Part shown: piece after piece, positions 10,744 to 20,311 of the stretch
Layout of the letters: the number at the start of each line of letters is the position of its first letter
Numbering within the stretch: position 1 is the first letter of the stretch
Assembly: GCA_040290255.1 (NCBI GenBank)
Contig: PSMU01000001.1
Span: forward strand, 338,385-402,384
DNA length: 64,000 nt
Origin: Nitrososphaerota archaeon
Lineage (GTDB): Archaea; Thermoproteota; Nitrososphaeria; PSMU01
Direction of reading: 5' to 3'
Program-made: the position numbers and the translations under genes
The notes under the pieces: generated by a model
Seen by the model: only the letters and a program-made list of their open reading frames with translations
What the model was told of the DNA's origin: nothing
Database searches by the model: none

Positions 10744-11247
10744 ATGGGCGGCGACCTGGAGGCGGAGCTGGAGGCCCTGCTCTATGCCACCAGCGTGCCG
10801 CTGGGCCTGGATGAGCTCGCCGCCCACCTGGGCACCTCGAGGAAGAGGGCCGAGCGCGCGCTAAAGGCCGTGGCGCAGAGGCTGAACGCCACGCTGAGGG
10901 CCCTGAGGGTGGCCGAGTACCCGGGCCGTAAGTACATCCTGGAGCTCAGGCCCGAGTTCGGCCGGCTCGCCGCGAAGGTCTCGGGCAGAAGGCTCCTCCC
11001 GAGGGCGGTGCTGAACACGCTGGCCTACGTGGCCTACTATCAGCCCATCAGCGCCTCCGAGCTGGCGCTGAAGAGGGGGAGCAGGGTCTATTCCCACCTG
11101 AAGGTGCTGGAGGCGCTGGGCTTCATAGCCTTCAGGAGGGAGGGGAGGAGGAGGCTCTGCTTCACCACCCCGCTCTTCGCGCGCTATTGGGGCCTGAGCG
11201 AGGACCCGGAGAGGATGAAGAAGGAGCTCGCGAAGGTAAGCCTATAA
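10744..11247 (+). CDS. scpB: Segregation/condensation protein ScpB
   Basis: LEALLYA, TLAYVAYYQPI, TTPLFARYWGL. Confidence 0.9.
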   Translation: MGGDLEAELEALLYATSVPLGLDELAAHLGTSRKRAERALKAVAQRLNATLRALRVAEYPGRKYILELRPEFGRLAAKVSGRRLLPRAVLNTLAYVAYYQPISASELALKRGSRVYSHLKVLEALGFIAFRREGRRRLCFTTPLFARYWGLSEDPERMKKELAKVSL

Positions 11248-11270
11248 AAGGGCTTCGCGGGCGGCCGGGC

Positions 11271-11657
11271 ATGGCCAGGAACATCCTCAAGCGCCGCCAC
11301 ACGGGGGCCAAGCCCAAGCCCTTCAGGGGCAGGAGAAAGCATGAGAGGGACAGGCCCCCCATCCTGACCCGGCTGGGCCCCCTGGAGGTGGTGAGGAGGA
11401 GGGCGAGGGGGGGCTCCTTTAAGCTGGGGCTGAAGAGCGCGGACTTCGCCAACGTGTACGATCCCGAGGCCAAGGCCGTAAAGAGGGCCAAGGTGATCAG
11501 GGTGCTGGAGAACCCCGCGGGCGGCGACCTGCAGAGGATGGGCATCATCACCAGGGGCGCCATAATAGAGACCGAGCTGGGCAGGGCAAGGGTCACCTCC
11601 AGGCCCTCACAGCATGGCGTGCTGAACGCGGTCCTGCTGCCCAAGGAGGGGGCGTGA
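11271..11657 (+). CDS. rps8e: 30S ribosomal protein S8e
   Basis: RARGG, VLENPA, IITRGAIIETELGRARVTSRPSQHGVLNAVL. Confidence 0.96.
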   Translation: MARNILKRRHTGAKPKPFRGRRKHERDRPPILTRLGPLEVVRRRARGGSFKLGLKSADFANVYDPEAKAVKRAKVIRVLENPAGGDLQRMGIITRGAIIETELGRARVTSRPSQHGVLNAVLLPKEGA

Positions 11658-11959
11658 AGGACTACGGCCGCTATATCATATGGCTGGACTACCTTGACTC
11701 AAGGCTCAGCAGGGCCCAGGGCCGGCGCCTTCAGGTGAGCCGCTGCGTGCCCGCGCCCACGCTGGAGGAGCTGGCCCAGGCGGCGAGGGCGCTGGGCCTG
11801 GAGGCCGAGGCGCAGGAGGCCCGGCACCCCCGCCGACACCGCGTGAGGTCGGGCTATATCTCGGTGAAGAAGCCCGGCATGGGCAAGGGCCGGCTGCTGC
11901 AGGCCCTGGCCCAGGAGCTGGCCAGGATGAGGGGTGAGCGGGCAAGGCGAGGAGGCTAG
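11654..11959 (+). CDS. srp19: Signal recognition particle 19 kDa protein
   Basis: IIWLDYLDSRLSRAQGRR, PTLEEL, ARHPR. Confidence 0.93.
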   Translation: MKDYGRYIIWLDYLDSRLSRAQGRRLQVSRCVPAPTLEELAQAARALGLEAEAQEARHPRRHRVRSGYISVKKPGMGKGRLLQALAQELARMRGERARRGG

Positions 11960-12194
11960 GCCGGTGGGCAGGGCCCTTCACGTGGCCCACAGCGGCGCGC
12001 TCATCGTCAAGCTTCAGCGGCCCGTGCCCGTGGGGGCGGTGCTGGTGGATGAGCGCGGAAGGCCCGTGGGGAGGGTGACGTCGCTGCTGGGCCCCGTCGC
12101 GTCGCCCTACGCCTCCGTGAGGGTGATGACCGATAGAGTTAAAAGGGTGCTGGGCAAATACTTGTATCTCAAGCCAGGCTTGGCCCAGGGGTGA
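11934..12194 (+). CDS. gar1: H/ACA RNP protein Gar1/Naf1
   Basis: VGRVTSLLGPVASPYASV; conserved position between srp19 and tfb. Confidence 0.85.
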   Translation: MSGQGEEARPVGRALHVAHSGALIVKLQRPVPVGAVLVDERGRPVGRVTSLLGPVASPYASVRVMTDRVKRVLGKYLYLKPGLAQG

Positions 12195-13132
12195 AGGGCT
12201 TGTTCAGCTCTGAGGAGAGGCCGAACTCATGCCCCTTATGCAAGCGGCCGCTCGTGGGCGACCCCGAGAAGGGGGAGGAGGTCTGCCCCCAGTGTGGCAT
12301 CGTGCTGCAGGAGAGGCTCGTGGACGCCAGGCCCGAGTGGAAGGCCATCGACCTGGAGGAGAAGGAGAAGAGGGTGCGCGCGGGCTATCCGCTCACGCTC
12401 ACGCAGCACGATTATGGCCTCTCGACCTTCATACCCACCAACGATGCCGAGATGAGCGGCGTGAGCGCGGAGCTCAGGGGCGATGCCTACCGCCTCTCCA
12501 AGTGGCAGCGCAGGATCAGGACCACGAGCCCGGAGGATAGGAGCCTCATGGCCCTGCTGAACCGCCTGAACGAAGCGGTCGAGGTGCTGCACCTGCCCGG
12601 GCACGTGGCGGAGACGGCCGCGCACATCATAAGGTCGGCCGTGAAGACGAGGATCGCGAAGAGCAGGTCGGTCTCGGGGATCGTGGGGGCGGCCATCTAT
12701 CTGGCCTGCAGGAAGTGCAATGTGAGCAGGATGATGGAGGAGATCAGCGGGCCCCTGCAGATCGACAGGAACCTGCTGGGCTACTATTACCGCTATTTGG
12801 TCCGCATGCTCGAGGGCAGCGCGGTGCCCCTGATCCCCATCGAGAACTACATAAAGAAGGTGACCGATAAGCTGGGCGCGGGCGCGGACGTGGAGCGCCT
12901 CGCGATAGAGCTCGCGAAGCGCACGAAGGACTCGGAGCTGGCGGACGGCAAGTCGCCCATGGGCCTCGCCGCGGCCTACGTTTACCTCTCGCTCATCCTG
13001 CTCAGCAAGCCCGTGCCCCAGAGGGAGGTGGCCGACGTGGCCGGCGTCACGGAGGTGACGCTCAGGAACAGGTACAAGGAGCTGCTGCAGCGCTATACGC
13101 TCGTGCAGGTGCTGCAGAGCGAGGAGCCCTAG
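12191..13132 (+). CDS. tfb: Transcription initiation factor IIB
   Basis: Zn ribbon CPLC..CPQCG, PEWK, HDYGLST, cyclin repeats, QREVADVAGVTEVTLRNRYKEL. Confidence 0.95.
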   Translation: MKGLFSSEERPNSCPLCKRPLVGDPEKGEEVCPQCGIVLQERLVDARPEWKAIDLEEKEKRVRAGYPLTLTQHDYGLSTFIPTNDAEMSGVSAELRGDAYRLSKWQRRIRTTSPEDRSLMALLNRLNEAVEVLHLPGHVAETAAHIIRSAVKTRIAKSRSVSGIVGAAIYLACRKCNVSRMMEEISGPLQIDRNLLGYYYRYLVRMLEGSAVPLIPIENYIKKVTDKLGAGADVERLAIELAKRTKDSELADGKSPMGLAAAYVYLSLILLSKPVPQREVADVAGVTEVTLRNRYKELLQRYTLVQVLQSEEP

Positions 13133-13135
13133 CCC

Positions 13136-13729
13136 ATGCGCCTGGCGGAGGCGAGGGCCGATGCCTTTAGGCGCCTAGCCAGGAGGGAGGGGTACCGCAG
13201 CAGGGCGGCCTACAAGCTGCTGGAGCTGGACAGGAGGTTCGGGCTCCTCGCGCCGGGCATGAGGGTGCTCGACCTGGGCGCGGCGCCGGGCTCATGGCTC
13301 CAGGTGGCCTCCAGCAGGGTGGGGCGCGGCGGCCTCGTGGTGGGCGTGGACCTCCTCGAGATAAAGCCCGTGGCCCCGAACGTGATCACGCTCAGGGCGG
13401 ACCTGCGCGATAGGGCCCTCCTGGACCAGCTAAGGCCCCATGCCCCCTTCGACCTCATCCTCTTCGATGCATCGCCCAACCTCACGGGCATCGCGGAGGC
13501 CGATGCGCGCAGGCATGGGGAGCTGCTGCTCTCGGCGGCGGGCCTGACGGCCGGGCTGCTGAGGGAGGGCGGCGCGGGGGTCTACAAGCTCTTCGAGCAC
13601 CAGGAGCTGCGGGAGGCGGAGGCGGCGCTCCGGGCCCTCTTCTCCTCGGCGAGGCGCTACAAGCCCGGGGCCTCCAGGAGGAGGGGGAGGGAGCTGTACC
13701 TGGTCTGCAGGGGCTTCAGGGGAGCTTGA
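13136..13729 (+). CDS. rlmE: 23S rRNA 2'-O-methyltransferase RlmE/FtsJ
   Basis: GYRSRAAYKL, DLGAAPGSWLQ, DASPN, KPGASR..ELY. Confidence 0.92.
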   Translation: MRLAEARADAFRRLARREGYRSRAAYKLLELDRRFGLLAPGMRVLDLGAAPGSWLQVASSRVGRGGLVVGVDLLEIKPVAPNVITLRADLRDRALLDQLRPHAPFDLILFDASPNLTGIAEADARRHGELLLSAAGLTAGLLREGGAGVYKLFEHQELREAEAALRALFSSARRYKPGASRRRGRELYLVCRGFRGA

Positions 13730-14867
13730 GCGCCGCCTCCAGCAGCGCCTCGGGCGGGGCCTCGGTCCTGAGGCCCGTGGGATCAAGGCTGGTGCGCGCG
13801 CTCCTCCAGCCCCCCTCGGCCAGCAGCTGAAGGAGCCCCTGGAGAGGGGGCGAGCTCCTCCTGAGCCTTCTGCCCAATTCGGCCAGCGTATAATAGCCCA
13901 CCGGCAGGCCCGCCTCCTGTAGCGCCGTGGCCAGCAGCCTCTCGGCTTGGGGATACGCGCCCCTGGGCATGCGGGCCAGGGCCTCCGAGAGCAGGCGGGC
14001 ATCGAAGAGGGGCCCTATCCAGAGCGGGCCCGCCCTGCTCACCTCCCTCCCGCAGGAGGCGCAGGCCGCCGGCGGCTCCTCGGAGGCATAGCGGTGCAGG
14101 CCCGCTGCACAGCGCACGTAATACCCCATGCCCTTGGCCGCTTCATCCGCCCTCGCGGCCCCCCTCTCGAAGGCCACGAAGGCCCTGATGTAGTGCCTGG
14201 TCACGTGGGCGAAGAGGGGCCTTATGCCCCCCTCCAGCCTCATCGCGGCCTGCGCGCTGGCGCCGTAGAGGAGCCGGACCGCGATCTCCCTGGCCTCCTC
14301 GCACCTCAGCGAGGTGCCCCCATACCTCCTCTTGGCCACGAGCGGGTGAAGGCCCATCAGCGCGGCCGTGTCCGTGGCGGAGAAGGCCAGCACGCCCCCC
14401 AGCCGCACGGCCCTCAGCCCCGCCTCCAGGAAGGGCGCGGGGGAGCCGAAGGGGTCTATATCGACCACGAGGAACCGCTCCCCCCTTCTCGCCCTCTCCG
14501 CCATGAGGTAGACCGCCTCCTCCACGGTGAAGGAGCAACGGGCCTCCACGCCGTTGAGCCGCGCCGCCTCCTTGGCCAGCTCGATGGCATAGGGGTTCAG
14601 GTCGTTGAGGTGGGCGAAGTCCATGCCCGCCTCCACCAGCACCCTGAGCCCCCTGGCCCCCACGCCCGCGAGCGCGTCCAGGTAGTTATGAGGGGGCGGC
14701 GCCAGCTGCCTGAGCGCGCCGCAGAGCAGCACCGTGACATCCCTTCCCAACCTGGCATGGGGGTTGAAGAAGGCCGGCGCGGCCGGCGGGGCCGGGGAGC
14801 TCAGCGAGCCGCTCGGCACGAGCAGCCTGGTGCGCCCCTCCACATATTCGCTGAGCTCGGCCCCCAT
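13716..14867 (-). CDS. trm1: tRNA (guanine-26-N2)-dimethyltransferase
   Basis: FFNP, DALAGVGARGLR, DIDPFGSP, ATDTAAL, AGPLWIGPL, RTEAP. Confidence 0.94.
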   Translation of the reverse strand: MGAELSEYVEGRTRLLVPSGSLSSPAPPAAPAFFNPHARLGRDVTVLLCGALRQLAPPPHNYLDALAGVGARGLRVLVEAGMDFAHLNDLNPYAIELAKEAARLNGVEARCSFTVEEAVYLMAERARRGERFLVVDIDPFGSPAPFLEAGLRAVRLGGVLAFSATDTAALMGLHPLVAKRRYGGTSLRCEEAREIAVRLLYGASAQAAMRLEGGIRPLFAHVTRHYIRAFVAFERGAARADEAAKGMGYYVRCAAGLHRYASEEPPAACASCGREVSRAGPLWIGPLFDARLLSEALARMPRGAYPQAERLLATALQEAGLPVGYYTLAELGRRLRRSSPPLQGLLQLLAEGGWRSARTSLDPTGLRTEAPPEALLEAALKLP

Positions 14868-14901
14868 GCCAAGCTTTAAGCCCCGGCCGCATATATTATG
14901 C

Positions 14902-15543
14902 GTGCTGCTGGGCGGCGTGGACGAGGCGGGCAGGGGGGCCGTCCTGGGCCCCCTCGTGGTGGCCGGCGTCTGCCTCAGGCCCGATGCGCTTACCCTGCTG
15001 CGCGGGCTGGGCGTCAGGGACTCCAAGAGGCTCACGGCATCGGCCAGGCAGCGGCTCTTCCCCCTGCTCCTAAGGGCCTGTGTGAGGGTGGAGGTGGAGG
15101 AGCTGCCCCCCTCGCTGGTGGACAGCTATGTGGCGGGCCCGCAGGGCCCTAGGGGGCTGAACAGGCTCGAGGCGCTGGCGATGGCCCGGGTAATAGCCCG
15201 GCTGGGCGCTACGAGGGTCTACGTCGACAGCCCCGACCTAAGGCCCCTAAGGTTTAGGAGGCAGCTCAGGGAGGCGCTGAAGAGCCCTCCCAGGCTCACG
15301 GTGGCACACCATGCGGACGGCCGCTACCTGCCCGTCGCCGCGGCCTCCATCGTGGCCAAGGTGCTCAGGGATAGGCGCCTGGCCGAGCTTAGGGCCCATG
15401 GGGAGGTGGGCTCGGGCTATCCGGCCGATCCCGCCACGAGGCGCTTCCTCGCCTCCTGGCTCGCGCGCCACGGGAACCCGCCCCCCTTTGCCAGGAGCAG
15501 CTGGGGGACGCTCAAGAAGCTAAGGGCGCCGCGCCAGGATTAG
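14902..15543 (+). CDS. rnhB: Ribonuclease HII
   Basis: GVDEAGRGAVLGPLVV, VRDSK, AAASIVAKV.RD, GSGYPADP. Confidence 0.96.
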   Translation: MLLGGVDEAGRGAVLGPLVVAGVCLRPDALTLLRGLGVRDSKRLTASARQRLFPLLLRACVRVEVEELPPSLVDSYVAGPQGPRGLNRLEALAMARVIARLGATRVYVDSPDLRPLRFRRQLREALKSPPRLTVAHHADGRYLPVAAASIVAKVLRDRRLAELRAHGEVGSGYPADPATRRFLASWLARHGNPPPFARSSWGTLKKLRAPRQD

Positions 15544-16206
15544 CAGGTGCTCCTTATCGAAGGGCTCGAGCCTGACCCTCTCCTCGACCCTAAAGCCGGC
15601 CGCCTGAAGCTTTGCCTCCTCCTCGCCGAAGATCCTCTCCGCGCTCTTCACGGCATCGATGCTCCTGGCCTTCACGATGAGCAGCAGCGCCCCTCCCTCC
15701 GCCAGGTAATGCTCGGCGTTCAGCAAGGCGATCTCGGTCTCATCGGGCTGCGCTATATCGCAGTAGAGCGCATCGGCCAGCCTGTCGATGGAGGCGTAAT
15801 GCGTGGGCCTCCTCGCATCCTCCACGATGGGCACGACGTTTCTCCTGTGGCGCACCACCCTTTCATAAAGCTCCCGCACCACCCGCGGCGAGACCTCGAC
15901 GGCGAAGACGAGGCCGCGCTCCCCTACGATGTCCGAGACGTGGCTCACGGTGGTGCCGGAGGCGGCGCCGAGATACAGCACGCAGGCCCCCGGCCTTATG
16001 GGCAGCGCGCGAAGGCCGTTGATGAGCGCGGCGGCCAGCTTGCTCCTGAAGGGATCCCAGAGCCTGAACTCCTCGCCCTCATGCCTTATCAGCGCTTCGC
16101 CATAGACGCTGGTGCCCGGGGCCAGGTTCTTGGTCAGGGGCCGGCTTCCCCCACCTTCCTCGCCCCAGAAGACGCCGGGGAACCTAGCGTCGGGCTTCAC
16201 GTCCAT
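15520..16206 (-). CDS. flpA: Fibrillarin-like rRNA/tRNA 2'-O-methyltransferase
   Basis: VYGE, WDPFRSKLAA, LYLGAASGTTVSHVSD, DIAQPDE, LEPFDKEH. Confidence 0.97.
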   Translation of the reverse strand: MDVKPDARFPGVFWGEEGGGSRPLTKNLAPGTSVYGEALIRHEGEEFRLWDPFRSKLAAALINGLRALPIRPGACVLYLGAASGTTVSHVSDIVGERGLVFAVEVSPRVVRELYERVVRHRRNVVPIVEDARRPTHYASIDRLADALYCDIAQPDETEIALLNAEHYLAEGGALLLIVKARSIDAVKSAERIFGEEEAKLQAAGFRVEERVRLEPFDKEHLLILARRP

Positions 16207-16209
16207 GGC

Positions 16210-17397
16210 CTACGCGCGCCTGCGCCGCTTATAGCCCTTCTCCCCCCTCTTGGCGGGCAGGGGGGGCTTGGCGTACTTCTGCCTCAGCTCGGCCAGCTTC
16301 TCCTCCAGCTTCGCCTTCAGGCCCTCCTCTGCCTCGCCCTTGAAGTAATCGATGCGGGCGGCGATGGCGAGCAGGTTCGCGAAGAGCCTGGCTATCTTGC
16401 CCCTCTGCCACTTCGGCGCGCCGTGCACGAGCGGGTGCTGAAAGAGGATGCCGTGCTTGGGGGGCCTCGTGCCGGTCCTCAGGGCCCTGAAGAGCGCCTT
16501 CTCCGCGCCTAAGACCTGTATCGTGCTGGCGGGGAGGCTGGCCAACCGCTCTAGGCTGCCCACCTTGGCCAGCAGCTTCGCGCCCACCAGCGCGCCCACG
16601 AGCTGGGTGATGTTCGGCGCCAGGCGCTCCATGTTCCTCTGCACATAGGAGGAGAGCTCCCTCCTAAGGGCGAGCATGCTCAGCAGCAGCCCGGCCAGCG
16701 CGGCCACCTCCCTCAGGTCCTCCTCCCTGACCTCCGCCCCCTTGCTCTCCCTCGCCGCCCTCGCGAGGGCCTCGGCCTCCTGCGACCCCAGCCCCAGCCT
16801 CGCCAGGGCCGCGGGGGCGATGAGCTCCCTCCTGCCTATCGCCTGAACGACCCTGGCATAGAGCTCCATGTCCGTGACGCGCAGCTCCAGCTCGGGAAAG
16901 TGAAGGCCGTACCACTCCCTGAGCCTGGCCCAGAGGATGTTAGAGGCCTTATCCAGCTCCTCCACGGCCCTCACGGCCTCTATGACGTGCCTCTCGGGCT
17001 TGGCCGCGAACTCCCTGAGCCTCCTCTCCAGCCTCTCCAGCGCGAACGCCCTTATCAGCTCAAGCGCCTCCCCCTCCCCTTGGGCCAGGCCGGCCTGCTG
17101 CAGGAGCTTGGGCCTGAGGGCCGTGAGCTGCCTCCAGGCGGCGGGCTCGATGGTCCTGGCCCTGAAGCCCCTGCGCTGCGCGAGCTGCACGAGCCCCGAG
17201 GTGGGCACGCCCAGCTCCTCGACCCTTAGCCCCCTCGCGCGCTCCAGCAGCTCGGCCACCTCCCTGACCTCCTCCCCCTCCAGGAGCCTCTCCAGCGCGT
17301 AGACCCTATCGGAGGCGAAGGGCTCATAGTCCAGCAGGTCCCCCTGGGGCCCCACGAGTGCTATTCCTCCCTCGAGCGGCAGCAGATAGGCCTGCAC
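16210..17397 (-). CDS. nop5: C/D box RNP protein Nop5 (Nop56/58)
   Basis: LREWYGLHFPEL, APN, PASTIQVLGAEKALFR, PPKHGILFQHP, RGKIAR. Confidence 0.97.
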   Translation of the reverse strand: MQAYLLPLEGGIALVGPQGDLLDYEPFASDRVYALERLLEGEEVREVAELLERARGLRVEELGVPTSGLVQLAQRRGFRARTIEPAAWRQLTALRPKLLQQAGLAQGEGEALELIRAFALERLERRLREFAAKPERHVIEAVRAVEELDKASNILWARLREWYGLHFPELELRVTDMELYARVVQAIGRRELIAPAALARLGLGSQEAEALARAARESKGAEVREEDLREVAALAGLLLSMLALRRELSSYVQRNMERLAPNITQLVGALVGAKLLAKVGSLERLASLPASTIQVLGAEKALFRALRTGTRPPKHGILFQHPLVHGAPKWQRGKIARLFANLLAIAARIDYFKGEAEEGLKAKLEEKLAELRQKYAKPPLPAKRGEKGYKRRRRA

Positions 17398-17611
17398 GGC
17401 CTTAACTGCGGGCGGGCGTTATAAAAGATGGGCGCCGGGCCAACTTAACTTAATAAGCGCAAGGGCCCCCAACCTTTTGCCCTTGACGGGGAAGGCGGCT
17501 GGCGCTGCCGCTGCTTCTGCTCTTCGCGCGCTGCGGCTTGCCAGAAGGCTGCGCTGGGCCCCTGCTCGCGTCACGGCTCAGGTTTAAAGCCAGGCGCCGG
17601 CCGGTCTGGGC

Positions 17612-18523
17612 ATGCCTTCGCTTGAAACGGAGCTGGTGGGCCTTAGGCTGAAGCACCCCTTCATGAATGCCTCCGGCTTCTACGGCATCACGGCGCCGCT
17701 GCTAAGGCGCGTCTACGAAGCTGGCGCCAGCGCCGTCCTGACCAAGTCCACCAGCCTCCGCCCCGTGGCGGGCTATGATAACCCCACGATGGTCGAGCTG
17801 GCCGTCGGATACCTGAACGCGATAGGCCTCTCGAGCCCCGGGGCGGAGGAGCTGGCGAAGGAGCTCTCCTCCCCCCTGCTCTCGGGCGTGCCGGTTATAG
17901 CGAGCATCTTCGGCTCCAGCCCCGAGGAGATGGCGGCCGCGGGGGCCCTCTTGGCCCAGGTGCCCTGCGTAAAGGCGCTCGAGATCAACCTCTCCTGTCC
18001 TCATGTCAGGGGCGTGGGGCTGGAGGTGGGCTCGGACCCCGACCTCGTGGCCGAGATCACGCACCGGGTCAAGGCGGCCGTGAGGGTGCCGGTGATCGTG
18101 AAGCTGAGCCCCAACGTGGCGGATATAGTAGAGATCGCCGCGGCGGCGGAGAAGGCGGGCGCCGACGCCCTCACGGCCGTCAACACGCTGAAGGCCCTGG
18201 CCGTGCATCCGGAGCTCAAGAGGCCCCTGCTCTCCCATGCCTACGGCGGGCTCTCGGGCCCCGCGCTTAAGCCCGTGGCCCTGCGCTGCGTCTACGAGCT
18301 CTACGAGCACGTGAAGGTCCCCATCATAGGCTGCGGGGGCATAGAGGGCCCGCTGGACGCCGTGGAGTTCCTGCTCTGCGGGGCCAGGGCGCTTCAGGTG
18401 GGCTCGGCCCTCGCCAAGAGGGGCCCGGGCCTATTCTCGGAGCTGGCCCAGGGGCTCGCTTCTTATATGGAGAGGGAGGGCTTCCGTGATATAGGGGAGC
18501 TGGTGGGGCTGGCGCATGGCTGA
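17612..18523 (+). CDS. pyrD: Dihydroorotate dehydrogenase (family 1B) catalytic subunit
   Basis: NASG, TKS, NAIGL, EINLSCPH, VKLSPN, GGLSG. Confidence 0.96.
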   Translation: MPSLETELVGLRLKHPFMNASGFYGITAPLLRRVYEAGASAVLTKSTSLRPVAGYDNPTMVELAVGYLNAIGLSSPGAEELAKELSSPLLSGVPVIASIFGSSPEEMAAAGALLAQVPCVKALEINLSCPHVRGVGLEVGSDPDLVAEITHRVKAAVRVPVIVKLSPNVADIVEIAAAAEKAGADALTAVNTLKALAVHPELKRPLLSHAYGGLSGPALKPVALRCVYELYEHVKVPIIGCGGIEGPLDAVEFLLCGARALQVGSALAKRGPGLFSELAQGLASYMEREGFRDIGELVGLAHG

Positions 18524-19337
18524 GCACTATCACAGGCGCGTGCTCATAGAAGCGGCTCAGAGGAGGGATGAGAATACCGTGACGCTGCTCTTCAGGGACG
18601 GGGCCTGCTCCAGGGCCAGGCCAGGGCAGTACGTGATGCTCTGGGCCCCGGGCAGGGGAGAGTTTCCGCTGAGCCTCTCCCACGCATATCCCGGCGAGGG
18701 GCTGGCCGGCGTGACGATAAGGGCCAGGAGCGAGAGGGCCCGCGCCTTTCTGGGGCTGAGCCCGGGCGAGGCCGTAGGCATCAGGGGCCCCCTGGGGACC
18801 TCCTTCAGCATCAAGGACGGGCGAGCGCTGCTGGTGGGCGGGGGCACGGGGCTGGCGCCGCTGCACCTCCTGGCCCGGGAGCTGGCGCTGCAGGGCCCGG
18901 GTCCCACGCTGATCGCGGCCGCCCGGACCTCCTCTGAGCTGCTCTTCAGGGAGGAGCTCGAGGCCCTGGCCGCGGCGGGCCGCCTCAGGCTGATCTATGC
19001 GACGGAGGATGGCAGCGCCGGCCAGCGCGGCCTGGCCACGGACGTGTTCGAGCAGGAGCTGAAGAGGGCAGCCCCCTCGGCGGTCTACGCCTGCGGCCCC
19101 GAGCCGATGGTGGCGCGCATCGTTAAGAGGGCGCTGGAGCAGGGCCTATATGTGGAGGCCAGCCTGGAGCGCCCCTTCAAGTGCGCCCTAGGGGCCTGCG
19201 GCGCCTGTGGCCTGGGCCGTTACCTGCTCTGCAGGGAGGGGCCCGTGCTGGGGCCAAGGCAGCTGGCGGAGGTGGCCGACGAGCTCGGCATATATACCAG
19301 GGACCACAGCGGCAGGAGGGTAAAGCTGCACGCCTAA
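18516..19337 (+). CDS. pyrK: Dihydroorotate dehydrogenase electron transfer subunit
   Basis: PGQYVMLW, IRGPLG, GGGTGLAP, CGPEPM, KCALGACGAC...CREGPV. Confidence 0.94.
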   Translation: MAEHYHRRVLIEAAQRRDENTVTLLFRDGACSRARPGQYVMLWAPGRGEFPLSLSHAYPGEGLAGVTIRARSERARAFLGLSPGEAVGIRGPLGTSFSIKDGRALLVGGGTGLAPLHLLARELALQGPGPTLIAAARTSSELLFREELEALAAAGRLRLIYATEDGSAGQRGLATDVFEQELKRAAPSAVYACGPEPMVARIVKRALEQGLYVEASLERPFKCALGACGACGLGRYLLCREGPVLGPRQLAEVADELGIYTRDHSGRRVKLHA

Positions 19338-19395
19338 CCGCTCGCGGGGAGGTCCGTTACAAAAGCTTAAATCCCCAGTTCGCAGCTGGCGCATA

Positions 19396-19542
19396 ATGAG
19401 CACCGTCCAGGTCGAGGAGCCGCTCGAGGAGCTCCTGCCCCTGTGCGAGGCGAACCGCCAGCTGGTCGTCAACCCGCTGGCCTACGCCGCCAACGCCCAC
19501 TTTAGGGTGGGGCCCCTCAGGCTCATAGACAAGGCTCCATAA
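19396..19542 (+). CDS. 48-aa ORF, possibly the 5' part of a split gene continuing at 19544
   Basis: Manual translation MSTVQVEEPLEELLPLCEANRQLVVNPLAYAANAHFRVGPLRLIDKAP*; codon usage like neighbouring genes; AT-rich box (ttaaat) upstream. Confidence 0.6.
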   Translation: MSTVQVEEPLEELLPLCEANRQLVVNPLAYAANAHFRVGPLRLIDKAP

Positions 19543-19543
19543 T

Positions 19544-20044
19544 ATGGCAGAGCCGGAGTATAGGGATAGAGAGCTGGAGAACCTCCTGGGCCAGTTCCTA
19601 GTGGCCTCCTTTCAGAGCGAAAAGCTGGCCGAGCTGATCTACGACAGGCTGCGCTTCAGGAACACGGCCAAGGAGATGAAGGTGCTGCTGACCAGCAGCT
19701 TCAGCTCAAGGCCCCCGCTGCTCATCACGATAAGGGTGGAGCCCTATAACCCGCTTCCACAGGAGAAGGGGCAGGCCGAGGCCGAGGCGCTCAGGGCCTT
19801 CTGCGTGCTGGAGAGCCCGCCGCTCCACGTGGCGCCCGGCGATGTTAAGAATGAGGTCGAGGAGATCGTGGCCGGCAGCCTGAGGTGGTGGAGCAGCCAA
19901 GGGCACCACCATTACCTTAAGCTCGACGAATGGCGCACATCGATCTACTTGGTGACGGCCAGGGACTATAGGGAGGCCAGGGAGGTGCACAGGATCCTGC
20001 AGGCGCTCGAAGCTAAGAGGAAGGGCGAGGCCTCGGGCCCCTAG
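19544..20044 (+). CDS. Hypothetical protein (possibly the 3' part of a split gene)
   Basis: 166-aa ORF with normal codon usage; no family recognised. Confidence 0.65.
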   Translation: MAEPEYRDRELENLLGQFLVASFQSEKLAELIYDRLRFRNTAKEMKVLLTSSFSSRPPLLITIRVEPYNPLPQEKGQAEAEALRAFCVLESPPLHVAPGDVKNEVEEIVAGSLRWWSSQGHHHYLKLDEWRTSIYLVTARDYREAREVHRILQALEAKRKGEASGP

Positions 20045-20107
20045 GCCCCGCTCTGCTGCCAATTTTTCGAAAGCCTTAAAAGAGGTGAGCCTGGGCTATG
20101 GGCCAGC

Positions 20108-20275
20108 ATGGTAATACATGGCTCAATCACCAAGGCGGGCAAGGTCAGGGCGCAGACGCCCAAGATACCGCCCAGGCCCAAGAAGAGCCCCATACCGAAG
20201 CACAGGGTGGCCAGAAACTACCACGTTAGGTTCCTGCTGAAGAGGAGGCCCGGGCAGCGGGCGCCGGGCGGCTAG
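20108..20275 (+). CDS. rps30e: 30S ribosomal protein S30e
   Basis: Manual translation MVIHGSITKAGKVRAQTPKIPPRPKKSPIPKHRVARNY... (55 aa, below ORF-track cutoff). Confidence 0.95.
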   Translation: MVIHGSITKAGKVRAQTPKIPPRPKKSPIPKHRVARNYHVRFLLKRRPGQRAPGG

Positions 20276-20311
20276 GCTCACCTTTAACTTAACCCCCTTG
20301 CTTATCCTGTC

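Noticed and set aside
15129-15160. GGGCCC-GCA-GGGCCC hairpin in rnhB as an in-frame intron
   Set aside because: No matching 4-bp central helix with 3-nt bulges; the frame is open; such hairpins are expected at this GC content
17450-17590. Gap between nop5 and pyrD as a small gene or RNA
   Set aside because: No convincing ORF or recognisable RNA motif
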